Part shown: piece after piece, positions 27,025 to 41,166 of the stretch
Layout of the letters: each line of letters starts with the position of its first letter
How positions within the stretch are numbered: the first letter of the stretch is position 1
From: Squalus acanthias
Taxonomy: Eukaryota
DNA: 64,000 nucleotides
Reading direction: 5' to 3'
Assembly: GCA_030390025.1 (NCBI GenBank)
Contig: CM059438.1
Location: 56,794,001 to 56,858,000 of the forward strand
Program-made: the position numbers and the translations under genes
The notes under the pieces: model-generated
Databases searched by the model: none
What the model was told of the DNA's origin: nothing
The model's input: the letters and a program-made list of their open reading frames with translations, nothing else

Positions 27025-27560
27025 GAAAAGAGTTGCATTTCTATAGCGCCTTTCACAATCTCAGGACATCACAAAGCGCTTTACAGCCAATGGAGTACTT
27101 TTGAAGTGTAGTCACTGTTGTAATGTAGGAAATGAGGCAGCCAGTCTGCGCACAGCAAGATCCCATGAGCAGCAAGAGATAATGACCAGATAATCTGATA
27201 AACATTGGCCAGGACACCGGGAAGAACTCCCTTGCTCTTCAAATAGTGAGGTCGCACAACACCAGGTTATAGTCCAACAGTTTTATTTGAAATCACAAGC
27301 TTTCGGAGCTATCGATCGCCCCTTCCTCAGGTGAAGTGTCCCTTCAAATAGTGCCATGGGACCTTCTATGTCCACCTGAGAGGGAAGACAGGGAATCGGT
27401 TTAACGTCTCATCCAAAAGACGGCACCTCCGACAGTGCAGCACTCCCTCAGCACTGCACTGGAGTGTCAGCCTGGATTGTGTGCTCTGGAGTGTGAACTG
27501 AACCAACAACCTTCTGACTCAGAGATGAGAGTGATAGCAATGAGCCACGGCTGACACCTT
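27025..27560 (-). mobile_element. Deu-domain SINE with an L2-type tail, carrying a nested 93-bp insertion
   Basis: Same core and tail as the copy at 50145-50600. Confidence 0.8.
27249..27341 (-). mobile_element. Penelope-like short insertion with a minimal type I hammerhead motif
   Basis: 12-bp TSD cttcaaatagtg (27237-27248 and 27342-27353). Minus strand reads tcac-CTGAGGA-a-ggggc...gctcc-GAAA-gc-TT-gtga. Confidence 0.7.
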
Positions 27561-27659
27561 GGGGTCAGTGCCAAGTAATGACCCCACCGCCAGCCAGAGG
27601 AAGTCTGACCACCTTCCTCTGACGACCACCTTCCTCTGACCTACTAATGGCGCTATCAT

Positions 27660-28255
27660 CACCGAGCCCCCATCACCAACATCCTAGGGTCACCAATGAC
27701 CAGAAGCTGAATGTGAACAGTGTGGCTACAAGAACAGGGCAGAGGCTAGGTATTCTGCGGCAAGTGGCTCACCTCCTGACCCTCAAACCCTTTTCACTAT
27801 CTAGAAGGCTCAAGTCAGGAGTTGGAACACTCACCACTTGCCTGGGTGGGGGCAGCCACAACACTCAGGAAGCTCAGTACCATCCAGGACAGAGCAGTTC
27901 ACTTGATCAGTGTCCCTGCTGCTGGACTCAATATCCACCCCTGATCTACAGGACTGGCTCACTGCAGCAACTCCCCAAGGTTACTTCAACACCACCTCCT
28001 TCCTCTGCAGTCTCTACCATCAGTGCAGCAACATTGTGGGAACACCATCACCTCCAGGTTCATCTCAGAGTCCACCTCCCAGTCACACACCATTCCGACT
28101 TGGACATATATTGCCATTCCTTTATCGTCGCTGGTTCAGAATCCTGGAATTTCCTACCTAACACCTTTGTGGGAGCAACATCACCACTAGGACTGCAGTG
28201 GTTAAAGGAGAAGGCCCACTGCCACCTAGTAAGCATGGCCAATAAATGTGGCTTT
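27660..28255 (+). mobile_element. Degraded 3' fragment of the second LINE family
   Basis: VTNDQKL...VATRTGQRLGILRQVAHLLT parallels the 53676-54008 frame. Confidence 0.75.
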
Positions 28256-28361
28256 TTAAAGTTCTGAATTCTTCTCCCAGTGATGGCGGGTGGGGGGGGG
28301 GGGGGATTAAAAAACTGACTCACGGGTTAGGAAAGGGCAGGACTTAACATCCCCCATCTAG

Positions 28362-29480
28362 TTCAACAACAACTTGTATTTATAGAACGCCTTTAACATA
28401 GTAAAACGCCCCAAGGTGCTTCACATGAGTGTCATAAAACAAAATTTGACACTGAGCCACATAAGAAGATATCAGGGCAGATGACCAAATACTTGGTCAA
28501 AGAGGTAGGTTTTAAGGAATGTCTTAAAGGAGGGGAGAGAGATAGAGAGGCGGAGAGGTTTACGGAGGGAATTCCAGAGCTTAGGGCCTAGGCAGCTGAA
28601 GGCACGGCCACCAATGGTGGAGTGATTAAAATCGGGAATGCGCAAGAGGCCAGAATTGGAGGAGTGCAGAGATCTCGAGGGGGGGGGTTGGTTGTGGGGC
28701 TGGTGGAGATTACAGAGATAGGGAGGGGCGAGGCCATGGAGCAATTTGAAAACAAGGATGAGAATTTTAAAATCGAGGCGTTGCTTAACTGGGAGCCAAT
28801 GTAGGTCAGCGAGCACAGGGGTGATGGGTGAACGGGACTTGGTGCGAGTTAGGACACGGGCAGCCGAGTTTTGGATGACCTCAAGTTTACATAGGGAAGA
28901 ACGTGGGAGGCCAGCCAGGAGTGTGTTGGAATAGTCAAGTCTAGAGGTAACAAAGGCATGGATGAGGGTTTCAGCAGCAGATGAGTTGAGGCAGGGGTGG
29001 AGACGGGCGATGTTAGAGGTGGAAATAGGTGGTCTTAGTTATGGCGCGGATATGTGGTTGGAATTTCATTTCAGATATGACACCAAGGTTGGAGAGGCGT
29101 TGGAGAAGGATGGAGTGGTCAACCGTGTCAAAGGCTGCAGACAAGTCAAGAAGGACGAAGAGGGATAGTTTACCTTTGTCACAGTAACAAAGGATATAAT
29201 TTGTGACTTTGATGAGAGCCGTTTCAGTACTGTGGCAGGGCGGAAACCTGATTGGAGGGATTCAAACATTGAGTTGCGGGAAAGATGGGCACGGATTTGG
29301 GAGGCGACAACACGTTCAAGCACTTTGGAGAGGTAAAGGAGGTTGGAGATGGGGCGGTAGTTTGCAAGGACAGAGGGATCAAGGTTTTTTTTTGAGAAGG
29401 GGGTGATGACGGCAGATTTGAGGGAGAGGGGGACAGTACCTGAGGAGAGAAAACAGTTAAGAATGGGAGCCAGAAAAGGA
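28362..29480 (-). mobile_element. L2 LINE fragment, internally deleted
   Basis: LADLHWLPVKQRLDFKIL; NYRPISNL..LSKVLERVV; same 3' tail as 24997. Confidence 0.88.
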
Positions 29481-31425
29481 AGTTTTACCTTAAATGTGTC
29501 TCCTCTGGTTACCGACCCTTCTGCCACTGGAAACAGTTTCTCCTTATTTACTCGATCAAAACCATTCATGATTTTGAACACCTCATTCAAATCTCCTCTT
29601 AACCTTCTCTGCTCCAAGAACAACCCCAGTTTCTCCAGTCTCTTCACATAACTGAAGTCCCTCACCCTGGTACTATTCTAGTAAATCTCTTCTGCACCCT
29701 CTCCAAGGCCTTGACATCCTTCCTAAAGTGCGATGCCCAGAATTGAACAAAATACTCCAGCTGGGGTCTAACCAGTGTTTTATAAAGATTTAGCAAAACT
29801 TCCTTGCTTTTGTACTCTATTCCTCTTCATAAAAGCCAAGGACCCCGTATGCTTTTTTAACAGCCTTTTCAATTTGTCCTGCCACCTTTAAAGATTTGTG
29901 TACAGACACCCCCAGGTCTCTCTGTTCCTGCACCCCCTTTAAAAGTCCATTTAGTTTATATTGTCTCTCCTCATTCTGCTTACCAAAATGTATCACTTCA
30001 ATCCGCCATGAGTCTGCCCATTTCACCAGACAGTCTGTGTCCTCCTGAAGTCTGTTACAATCCTCGTCATTGTTTATTACATTTCTGAATTTTGTGTAAT
30101 CTGCAAACTTTGAAACTATGCCCTATATACCCAAGTCCAGGTCATTAATATATATCAAAAAGAGCAGTGGTCCCAACACCGACCCCTGGGGAACGCCACT
30201 GTATACTTCCCTCCAGTCTGAAAAACAACCATTCATCACTACTCTCTGCTTTCAGTCTCTTGGCCAATCTCGTATCCACGCTGCCACTGCCCCTTTAATC
30301 CCATGGGCTTTAATTTTGCTAACAAATCTATTATGTGATACACCTTTTGAAAGTCCATACGCACATCAACCGCGTTACCCTCATCAACCCTCTCCGTTAT
30401 TTCATCAACAGGATTTGCCTTTAACAAACCCGTGCTGACTATCATTTATTAATCCAGACTTTTCCAAATGCCAATTAATTTTGTCCCGGATTACTGTCTC
30501 AAAGTTTCCCCACCACCGGCGTTGGGCTGACTGGCCTGTAGTTTCCAGGTTTATCCCTCTCCCCTTTTTTGAACAGGGGTGTAACATTTGCAATCCTCTA
30601 GTCCTCTGGCACCACCCTCATATCCAAAGAGGATTGAAGGATTGTGGCCAGAGCCTTTGAAATTTCCACCCTTACTTCCCTCAGTAACCTAGGTTGCATC
30701 CCATCCGGACCGGGTGACTTTTCTACATTTGAGGACCGCCAATCTTTTAAGCACCTCCTCTATCTATTTTTATTCTGTCCAATATCGCCACTACCTCCTC
30801 CTTTACTGCTGCATTGGCAACATCCTCTTCTCTAGTGAAGGTAGATGTAAAGTACTCATTTAGATTTAGTGCCTTAGCCATGCCCTCTGTCTCCACAAAA
30901 ATATCACCTTTTTGGTCCCTAATCGGCCCCACCCTTCCTTTGACTACCCTTTCACTATTTATGTGTTGAAAAAGACTTTTGGGTTCCTTTTTATGTTAGC
31001 CACCAATCTATTCTCATACCCTCCCTCTTATTCCCTTTTTCAGATCTCCTCTGTACTTTCTATATTCAGCTTGGTTCTTTACTGTATTATGAACCTTATA
31101 TTTGTCATAAGCCTCCTTTTTCTGTCTCATTTTAATCTCTGTATCTTTAGTCCAGGGAGCTCTAGCTTTGGATGCCCTTCCTGTCCCCCTCATGGGAATG
31201 TGCCTACTCTGAACCCAAACCATATCCTCTTTGAAGGCCTCCCATTGTTCAATGACTGTTTTACCTGCCAATCTTTCATTCCAATCCACCTGGGCCAGCT
31301 CCCTTTGCAACTCACTGAAGTTAGCCTTCCTCCAGTTAGGTATTTTTACACTTGATTGTTCCTTGGCCGTTTCCATAACTATTCTACACCTGATGATATT
31401 ATGATCACTGTTCCCCAAATCCTCT

Positions 31426-32352
31426 CATAGATACATAGATACATAGAAGATAGGAGCAGGAGTAGGCCATCCGGCCCTTCGAGCCTGCTCCGCCATTTAA
31501 TGAGATCATGGCTGATCCTTCAATTCAGTATCCCGTCCCCGCCTTCTCTCCGTAACCCTTAACCCCTTTTGCCTGTAGAAATATATCTAATTCCCTCTTA
31601 AATATATTTAATGAGCTGGCGTACACTGCCCTCTGTGGCAATGAGTTCCACAGGTTCACCACTCTCTGAGTGAAGAAATTCCCCCTCATTTCTGTCCTAA
31701 ATGGTTTAGCCCTTATCCTTAAATTATGTCCTCTAGTTCTGTTCTCACCCGCCAAGGGAAACATTCCTTCTGCATCTAATCTGTCTAGACCTGTCAGAAT
31801 TTTATACACTTCTATGAGGTCCCCTCTCAATCTTCTAAACTCCAGTGTGTACATCCCTAAACTACATAGTCTCTCCTCATAGGTCAATCCCGCCATTCCT
31901 GGTATCAGCCTGGTGAATCGCCGCTGCACCCCCTCCATGGCAAGAACATCTTTCCTCAGATGAGGCGACCAAAACTGTACACAGTACTCGAGGTGTGGTC
32001 TCACCAGTGCCCTGTACAGCTGCAGCAAGGTATCCCTGTTCCTGTATTCCAACCCTTTTGCTATGAAGGCCAGCATACCGTTTGCCTTCTTGACCGCCTG
32101 TTGCACCTGCATGCTCGCCTTCAGTGACTGGTGTACAAGAACACCCAGGTCTCTCTGTACTTCCCCCTCTCCCAATTTATTGCCATTTAAATAATAATTT
32201 GCCCTCCCGTTCCTGCACCCAAGGTGGATAACTTCGCACTTGTCCACATTATAGTGCATCTGCCATTTATCCGCCCAATCACCCAGTCTGTCCAAATCGC
32301 TCTGGAGCTTCCTGGTCTCCTCCTCTGAGCCCACCCCCCCTCCTAGTTTAGT
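31426..32352 (-). mobile_element. Young 5'-truncated CR1 nested in the older CR1
   Basis: Open frame TKLGG...YGEKAGTGY*; (catagata)n tail at 31426-31448. Confidence 0.92.
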
Positions 32353-32949
32353 CTCCCACTGAAACATGCTCTACTTGCCCCACTTCATTCCCCAGAACTA
32401 GATCCAGCACTGCTTCCTTCCTCGTTGGGCTGGAAAGTTCTCTTGTACGCATTTCAGGAATTCCTCCCCCTCTCTGCCCTTTACACTGTTACTATCTCAC
32501 TCTATATTAGGATAATTGAAGACCCCCATTATCATTACTCTGTAGTTCTTGCATCTTTCTGTAATTTGCCTGCAAAGTTGCTCCTCTATTTCCATCCCAC
32601 TAATTGGTGGCCTATAGTCTACACCCAGTAGTGTAATAGCTCTTCTATTGTTCCTTAATTCAAACCAAATAGATCTTGTCTTTGGCCCCTCAACTACATC
32701 ATCCCTTTCCAGTGCTATAATAGTTTCCTTGATCAATATTGCCACTTCCCTATCTCTCTGAATACCTGTAGTCAGGAATACTGAGTTCCCAAACCTCCCC
32801 TTTGTTATTGCCACTATATTATAGTCCCATGCTGCGACTTGTGCCTGCAGCTCACCAACCTCATTTACCACACTACGTGCATTTACGCACATGCACTCCA
32901 AACCCATCTTAGACTGCCTCGCATTTGTCCCATGTCTGATCCCTCCTAT

Positions 32950-33393
32950 GTCAGCTGTGGCTCCGAGTTAGAATGTTGTGGTTCAAGTCCCACTCCTGAG
33001 ACTTGAGCACAAAAATCTAGCTTGACACTCCAGTACAGTGCTGAGGGAGTGCTGCACTATCGGAGGTGCCGTCTTTCAGATGAGACATTAAACCGAGGCC
33101 CCGTCTGCTCAGGTGGATGTAAAAGATCCCATGGCACTATTTCGAAGAAGAGCAGGGGAATTATCCCCGGTGTCCTGGCCAATATTTATCCCTCAATCAA
33201 CATAACAAAAAACAGATTATCTGGTCATTATCACATTGCTGTTTGTGAGAGCTTGCTGTGCGCAATTGGCTGCCGCGTTTCCTAAATTACAACAGTGACT
33301 CCACTTCAAAAGTATTTCATTGGCTGTAAAGCGCTTTGGGACCTCCTGAGGTCGTGAAAGGCGCTATAGAAATGCAAGTCTTTCTTTCTTTTA
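32950..33393 (+). mobile_element. Deu-domain SINE, near full length
   Basis: B-box-like ggttcaagtccc, Deu core, tail ggcgctatagaaatgcaagtctttctttc. Confidence 0.85.
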
Positions 33394-34869
33394 TTTCTGA
33401 ACTATTCTTTAGTCCATTGCCATTTGGCTCTCCCAGTCCTCTGTGCATCTTGTTTCTCCTCTCTAATGTTTCATCCTGGTGCTCACACCCCAGCCGAATT
33501 AGTTTAAACCCTCCCCCACAGCATTAGTTAACTTTCCCACGGGACATTGTAGCCTGATCTGTTGAGGTGCAACCCATCCACCTTGAACAGGTCCCTCCTG
33601 CCCCAAAACTGGTCCCAATGCATCAGGATTCCGAAGTCCCCTCTCCTGCACCATTTCTCCTGCCACACATTAACGTGTCTTATCCTGCTATTCCTATACT
33701 CACTAGCGTGTGGCACTGGGAGTAATCCAGAGATTACGACCTTTGAGGTCCATTATCTCATTGCTGTTTGTGGGAGCTTGCTGTGCGCAAATTGGCTGCT
33801 GCATTTCCTACATTACAACAGTGAGCACACTTCAAAAGTACTTAATTGGCTGTAAAATGCTTGGTCGCGTTTATTTCCAACACCAGATTTCTGGTTGGTC
33901 ACCATGGAGGACAAGACCTGATTTCTGATTGGTCCCCTTGAAGGACAAGACACACCCAACAGTTTCTCAGGAATGTGTAATTAGATCCTGCCTGCCTAAG
34001 TAATCAATTACTTTGCAAAGAGCTCACATAGAACAGACAGGGCTCACCATCGCGGATTAAGACCTTCTCCCACCCCCCCCAACAAGTTCCTAACCTTCCT
34101 CCCACCCCCCAAGTTTCTGACCTTCCCACCCCCCCCAAATTCCTGACCTTCTCCCCCTGCCCAAGTGCCTGACCTCCCCCCACCCAAGTTTTTGACCTCT
34201 CCCCACCCAGGTTCCTCCCCCCACCACTCCAGGTTCCTGACCTCCCCGCAACAAGTTCCTGACATTCCTCGCCCCCCACCCCCGATCATAGATGGGACAT
34301 TGTGTGTGGGTCACGGATTATCAACAGGTTTATTGGGTATGAAATGAATTGTGACAGTGTCATCAGTTCCAGATTTCATCCAGTCCAATGATGTCACTTG
34401 CCACACACGCTTTCCGAGAAATCAACCAGCTCTAGGGGGAGGAGAGGGAGAATGTGGTGCGGGTGTAAAGGAGGTGGTGTTGGAAGAACATGCTCCGTCT
34501 TACCATCTGGATCACGTTCTCGCTCTCATTTCCCCCCCTTTAGACCTGGATCACGTTCTTCCTCCATCTCCACTGTGCTCTCCGTACTCTTTACCACAAC
34601 GCACTCGCCCCCCCCCACCCTTAGAGTTTGTGACCTCCTCTCCCCTCCCCTTCGATCCTCTCTCTCCCCCACTCTGTCTCTCACCCTCTCTCTCCCCCCC
34701 GACTCCCTTTCTCTCCCCCCCCCCGACTCCTTTTCTCTCCCTCCCCCTCCAATTCCCACTCTCTCTCGCACCCTCCTCTCTCACCCTCCGATCCTCTCTC
34801 CCCCCTCTGATCTCCTCTCTTTCTCTCTCCCCCCTCTCATTCCCCCTCCCTCTCCCCCCGCACCAACGG

Positions 34870-35040
34870 ATCCAGTGGCCTTCTCCGCGTGGAGCTGAGG
34901 AAAGCGTGGCCCATGCTGCAGGCCGCAACTGTTGGGTACTGCGCATGCGTGGCTTCGGTAAACAGCGCGCATGCGCAGAAGGGGATCGGGTGCGTCTGCG
35001 CGGCTCCGGGATACCACGTTCATGCGCATGAGGCCGCAAA
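34870..35040. promoter_or_regulatory. CpG-rich patch with clustered NRF1-like (GCGCATGCGC) motifs
   Basis: tgcgcatgcgt (~34940), gcgcgcatgcgca (~34965), catgcgcatg (~35020). Confidence 0.4.
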
Positions 35041-35325
35041 AGTGTCCGTACAGATAATCACTCCGAAAATGCTTTGGGATGCCCGGAGGTCGTGAAATGC
35101 GCTATATAAATGCAAGTCTTTCTTTTACATCCTCTGGATGTTCCAAAGCGCTTCACAACCAATTTTTGAAGTGTAGTCACTGTTGTAATACAGGCAAACT
35201 CTGTCCCGAGCAAGTGTGCCTCCGATACAGTGCGGGACCATAGCATCTTAGGCAGTGACCACAGCACAAGAGAGATATAAGAGGTAGCCACACAGGGCGA
35301 AAGTCAGTCCCATCCATCTCCATCA

Positions 35326-35872
<547 letters not shown>

Positions 35873-36319
35873 TCACACTAAAAGAGACAGAGAGCAGCAC
35901 AGTGGGCACCAGAAGCTTCATCACAGAACCCTAAGCAGCTTACCAATGTCATCAGCAGTAAGATATTGTATTCTTTATAACGTAAAAATAGTATTTAGTT
36001 TTAATATTATCCGGGGGTATTTGATGATACAGCAATAAGAATAAGCCTAACATCAGACCGAAAGGTGTACTGCTGAACTATCTCCTCTAATTACTGCGAA
36101 TACCCTGTATCATATGTGGCATTCGTAAATGACACACAGATTTAGTCACAGCTACAGAATGGGGCACGTTAATGAGTTACCTTCCGTCGATCAGCACAGC
36201 GTCAAATTCAGAACGTACCCTGAAAGCAGTCCCATCTCAGGAAACACTAGAACAGGAAATGGATGGTTAGTGGCACAGAATTCACTAGTACATGAAATAC
36301 ACAGACACTACAGGAATTC

Positions 36320-39300
36320 CCACATCCTGCTCACCATTCGCACATCCCGCTCACTATTCCCACTCACTTGCACACTATTCCCACTCACTGTTGCTCACTA
36401 TTCTCACTCACGGTTGCTCACTATTCCCACAGCCCGCTCACTACTCCCACTCACCTTGCTCACTGTTCCTCACTATTCCCACCCACTCCTGCTCACTGTT
36501 CCCACTCGCCCTTGCTCACTGTTCCCACTCGCCCTTGCTCACTGTTCCCACTCGCCCTTGCTCACTGTTCCCACTCGCCCTTGCTCACTGTTCCCACTCG
36601 CCCTTGCTCACTATCTCACTCGCCCTTGCTCACTCTCACTCGCCCTTGCTCACTATCTCACTCGCCCTTGCTCACTGTTCCCACTCGCCCTTGCTCACTG
36701 TTCCCACTCGCCCTTGCTCACTGTTCTCACTCGCCCTTGCTCACTGTTCCCACTCGCCCTTGCTCACTGTTCCCACTCGCCCTTGCTCACTATTCTCACT
36801 CGCCCTTGCTCACTATTCCCACTCGCCCTTGCTCACTATCCCACTCGCCCTTGCTCACTATCCCACTCGCCCTTGCTCACTATCCCACTCGCCCTTGCTC
36901 ACTATCCCACTCGCCCGTGCTCACTATTCCCACTCGCCCTTGCTCACTATTCCCACTCACCCTTGCTCACTATTCCCACTCACCCTTGCTCACTATTCCC
37001 ACTCACCCTTGCTCACTATTCCCACTCACCCTTGCTCACTATCCCACTCACCCTGGCTCACTATCCCACTCACCCTGGCTCACTATCCCACTCACCCTGG
37101 CTCACTATTCCACTCACCCTTGCTCACTATCCCACTCACCCGTGCTCAGTATCTCACTCACCCTTGCTCACTATTGCACTCAGCCTTGCTCACAATTCCA
37201 CTCGCCCTTGCTCACAATTCCACTCGCCCTTGCTCACTATTCCACTCGCCTTTGCTCACTATCTCACTCGCCCTTGCTCACTATTCTCACTCGCCCTTGC
37301 TCACTATTCCACTCGCCCTTGCTCACTATTCCACTCGCCCTTGCTCACTATCTCACTCGCCCTTGCTCACTATCTCACTCGCCCTTGCTCACTATCTCAC
37401 TCGCCCTTGCTCACTATTCCCACTCGCCCTTGCTCACTATCTCACTCGCCCTTGCTCTCTATTCCCACTCGCCCTTGCTCACTATTCCCACTCGCCCTTG
37501 CTCACTATTCCCACTCGCCCTTGCTCACTATGCCCACTCGCCCTTGCTCTCTATTCCCACTCGCCCTTGCTCACTATTCCCACTCGCCCTTGCTCACTAT
37601 GCCCACTCGCCCTTGCTCACTGCTCCACTCAGCCTTGCTCACTGTTCCACTCAGCCTTGCTCACTGTTCCACTCAGCCTTGCTCACTGTTCCACTCAGCC
37701 TTGCTCACTGTTCCACTCAGCCTTGCTCACTGTTCCACTCAGCCTTGCTCACTGTTCCACTCAGCCTTGCTCACTGTTCCACTCAGCCTTGCTCACTGTT
37801 CCACTCAGCCTTGCTCACTGTTCCACTCAGCCTTGCTCACTGTTCCACTCAGCCTTGCTCACTGTTCCACTCAGCCTTGCTCACTGTTCCACTCAGCCTT
37901 GCTCACTGTTCCACTCAGCCTTGCTCACTGTTCCACTCAGCCTTGCTCACTGTTCCACTCAGCCTTGCTCACTGTTCCACTCAGCCTTGCTCACTGTTCC
38001 ACTCAGCCTTGCTCACTGTTCCACTCAGCCTTGCTCACTGTTCCACTCAGCCTTGCTCACTGTTCCACTCAGCCTTGCTCACTGTTCCACTCAGCCTTGC
38101 TCACTGTTCCACTCAGCCTTGCTCACTGTTCCACTCAGCCTTGCTCACTGTTCCACTCAGCCTTGCTCACTGTTCCACTCAGCCTTGCTCACTGTTCCAC
38201 TCAGCCTTGCTCACTGTTCCACTCAGCCTTGCTCACTGTTCCACTCAGCCTTGCTCACTGTTCCACTCAGCCTTGCTCACTGTTCCACTCAGCCTTGCTC
38301 ACTGTTCCACTCAGCCTTGCTCACTGTTCCACTCAGCCTTGCTCACTGTTCCACTCAGCCGTGCTCACTGTTCCACTCAGCCTTGCTCACTGTTCCACTC
38401 GCCCTTGCTCACTATTCCCACTCGCCCTTGCTCACTATGCCCACTCACCCTTGCTCACTATCCCACTCACCCTTGCGCACTATCTCACTCACCCTTGCTC
38501 ACTGTTCCACTCAGCCTTGCTCACTGTTCCACTCAGCCTTGCTCACTATTCCCACTCACCCGTGCTCACTATTCCCACTCACCCTTGCTCACTATTCCCA
38601 CTCACCCTTGCTCACTATTCCCACTCACCCTTGCTCACTATTCCCACTCACCCTTGCTCACTATTCCCACTCACCCTTGCTCACTATTCCCACTCACCCT
38701 TGCTCACTATTCCCACTCACCCTTGCTCACTATTCCCACTCACCCTGGCTCACTATCCCACTCACCCTGGCTCACTATTCCACTCACCCTTGCTCACTAT
38801 CCCACTCACCCTTGCTCACTATCCCACTCACCCTTGCTCACTATCCCACTCACCCTTGCTCACTATCCCACTCACCCTTGCTCACTATCCCACTCACCCT
38901 TGCTCACTATCCCACTCACCCTTGCTAACTATGCCCACTCACCCTTGCTCACTGCTCCACTCACCCTTGCTCACTATTCCACTCACCCTTGCGCACTATC
39001 TCACTCACCCTTGCTCACTGTTCCACTCAGCCTTGCTCACTGTTCCACTCAGCCTTGCTCACTGTTCCACTCAGCCTTGCTCACTGTTCCACTCAGCCTT
39101 GCTCACTATCTCATTCACCCTTGCTCACTATTCCAATCACCCTTGCTCACTATCCCACTCACCTTTGCTCACTATCTCATTCACCCTTGCTCACTATTCC
39201 ACTCACCCTTGCTCACTATTCCAATCACCCTTGCTCACTATCCCACTCACCCTTGCTCACTATTCCACTCACCCTTGCTCACTGTTCCACTCACCCTTGC

Positions 39301-40010
39301 TCACTATCCCACTCATCTTTGCTCACTATCTCACTCACACTTGCTCACTATTCCACTCAGCCTTGCTCACTGTTCCACTCAGCCTTGCTCACTGTTCCAC
39401 TCAGCCTTGCTCACTATTCCACTCAGCCTTGCTCACTATTCCACTCAGCCTAGCTCACTATCCCACTCACCCTTGCTCACTATCCCACTCACCATTCCAC
39501 TCACCCTTGCTCACTATCTCACTCACCCTTGCTCACTGTTCCACTCACCCTTGCTCACTGTTCCACTCACCCTTGCTCACTATCCCAATCACCTTTGCTC
39601 ACTATTCCACTCACCCTTGCTCACTATCCCACTCACCCTTGCTCACTATTCCACTCACCCTTGCTCACTATCTCACTCACCCTTGCTCACTATCCCACTC
39701 ACCCTTGCTCACTATCCCACTCACCTTGCTCACTATCCCACTCACCTTTGCTCACTATCTCACTCACCCTTGCTCACTATCCCACTCACCTTTGCTCACT
39801 ATCCCACTCACCTTTGCTCACTATCTCACTCACCCTTGCTCACTATCCCACTCACCTTTGCTCACTATCCCACTCACCTTTGGTCACTATCTCACTCACC
39901 CTTGCTCGCTATCCCACTCACCTTTGCTCACTATCTCACTCACCCTTGCTCACTATCCCACTCACCTTTGCTCACTATCCCACTCACCTTTGCTCACTGT
40001 TCTCACTCAG
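36320..40010. repeat. ~3.7 kb minisatellite, 21-22-bp unit ccttgctcactrttc(c)cactc(g/a)c; homogeneous 21-mer block at ~37620-38400
   Basis: Tandem repeat read directly; source of the 878-1337 aa repetitive ORFs. Confidence 0.97.
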
Positions 40011-40140
40011 CCTCCAAGTTCCAGGCGTTTTGCGACCGTCTCTGCCGTGTTCCGTGTTGTGAGCTGCAGTGTCGCGAGGTTTGGGTTGAGCGGACTGCGG
40101 CTGCGCAGGTCGGGCTGTCGTCAGGCGCGGCCTCGGGTCT
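40010..40140. promoter_or_regulatory. Probable bidirectional NDOR1/TMEM203 promoter and non-coding first exons
   Basis: CpG-rich unique patch. Candidate + donor gcgcag/gtcggg near 40108 and acceptor tttttcag at 40628; candidate minus donor ctga/gtgaga near 40006. Confidence 0.5.
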
Positions 40141-40755
40141 GAGGATTGGAGAGAGAGAGAGAGCCGGCCTGGGGAGTGAGTGAGGCCCGTCCCGGGGAGA
40201 GAGAGAGTGAGGTCCGGGGAGAGAGTGCCGGCCCGGGGGGAGAGAGAGTGAGGGGTTTGGAGAGTGAGTGAGGCCCGGCCCGGGGAGAGAGTGAGTGAGG
40301 CCCGGGGAGAGAGAGAGAGAGAGCCTGGGGAGAGAGAGAGGCCCGGGACAGACTCTCCCCACACCGGGACACGCTCTCGAATCTCTCCCCTCCCTTTCCT
40401 TCTTGAAGACCCTCCTTAAAAGCCACCTCTTGAGCAAAGCTTTTGATCGCCGAGCAGGGCCACCTTTGTCTGATAAACGCCTCTGTGCAGAACCTTTGAG
40501 GTCGTGAAGGGCGCTATATAAATGCAAGTCTTTCATCATTTAAAAAGTCAGTTGCAATCTCATGCAATTGTTGAGAGGAATGACTGGTGTAAAAGGATAA
40601 CAGTTTGATACTTGTATTTATTTTTCAGAAGTTGTGTGCAGAGTCTGTGGACTGGGAATCAGCACCAGGAGCCGGTGCTGCCCTGGTGTCGGTTGTTGGT
40701 TCCTGTTGACTGACGCGGGAGCCCTGGCCAGGGTTCGTGCAGCGCCGGCGCCGAG

Positions 40756-41166
40756 ATGCTGTTCTCACTGCGCGAGCTGGTACAATGGCTGGGCTTCGCC
40801 ACGTTTGAAATGCTCCTGCACCTGGCAGGCTTGCTGGTGTTCTCCGTGCTGCTCGCCATGAAGGTGGACAGCTTCGCGGAGCGGCTGGACTGGTGGTACG
40901 TCTTCATCCCGCTCTTCACCGCCGACGGGCTCAGCACTTACTTCACCATGATCGTGTCGATCCGCCTGTTCCAGGACGGGGAGAAGCGCCTGGCCGTCAT
41001 GCGGCTCTTCTGGATCTTGACCGTCCTCAGCCTGAAGTTCGTCTTCGAGATGCTGCTGTGCCAGAAGCTGGTGGAGTGGAGCGCCCAGCTGTGGTACGGC
41101 CTCATCATGTCGCCGGTCTTCATTCTCCTCCAGCTCTTGATGATTCGAGCTTGCCGAGTCAACTGA
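40756..41166 (+). CDS. TMEM203: Transmembrane protein 203 (136 aa, single coding exon)
   Basis: MLFSLRELVQWLGFATFE...ADGLSTYF...FQDGEKRLAV...LLQLLMIRACRVN closely matches human TMEM203 as recalled; good Kozak context; GC3-rich codons. Confidence 0.97.
   Translation: MLFSLRELVQWLGFATFEMLLHLAGLLVFSVLLAMKVDSFAERLDWWYVFIPLFTADGLSTYFTMIVSIRLFQDGEKRLAVMRLFWILTVLSLKFVFEMLLCQKLVEWSAQLWYGLIMSPVFILLQLLMIRACRVN

Larger units (their letters stand above)
29485..33750 (-). mobile_element. Old near-full-length CR1 (ORF1 esterase remnant, endonuclease, RT) with a nested CR1 and a nested SINE
   Basis: FKVDGLHLN (ORF1, ~33560); NARSV...YRPP (EN, 32500-32900); SDHNII; QHGFVKGKSC; RT C-terminal motifs. Confidence 0.85.

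Noticed and set aside
32950..33010. tRNA gene
   Set aside because: Only the B-box-like head of a SINE; no cloverleaf.
36129..40183. 878-1337 aa His/Ser/Leu-rich ORFs
   Set aside because: Translations of a stop-free minisatellite in all three frames.
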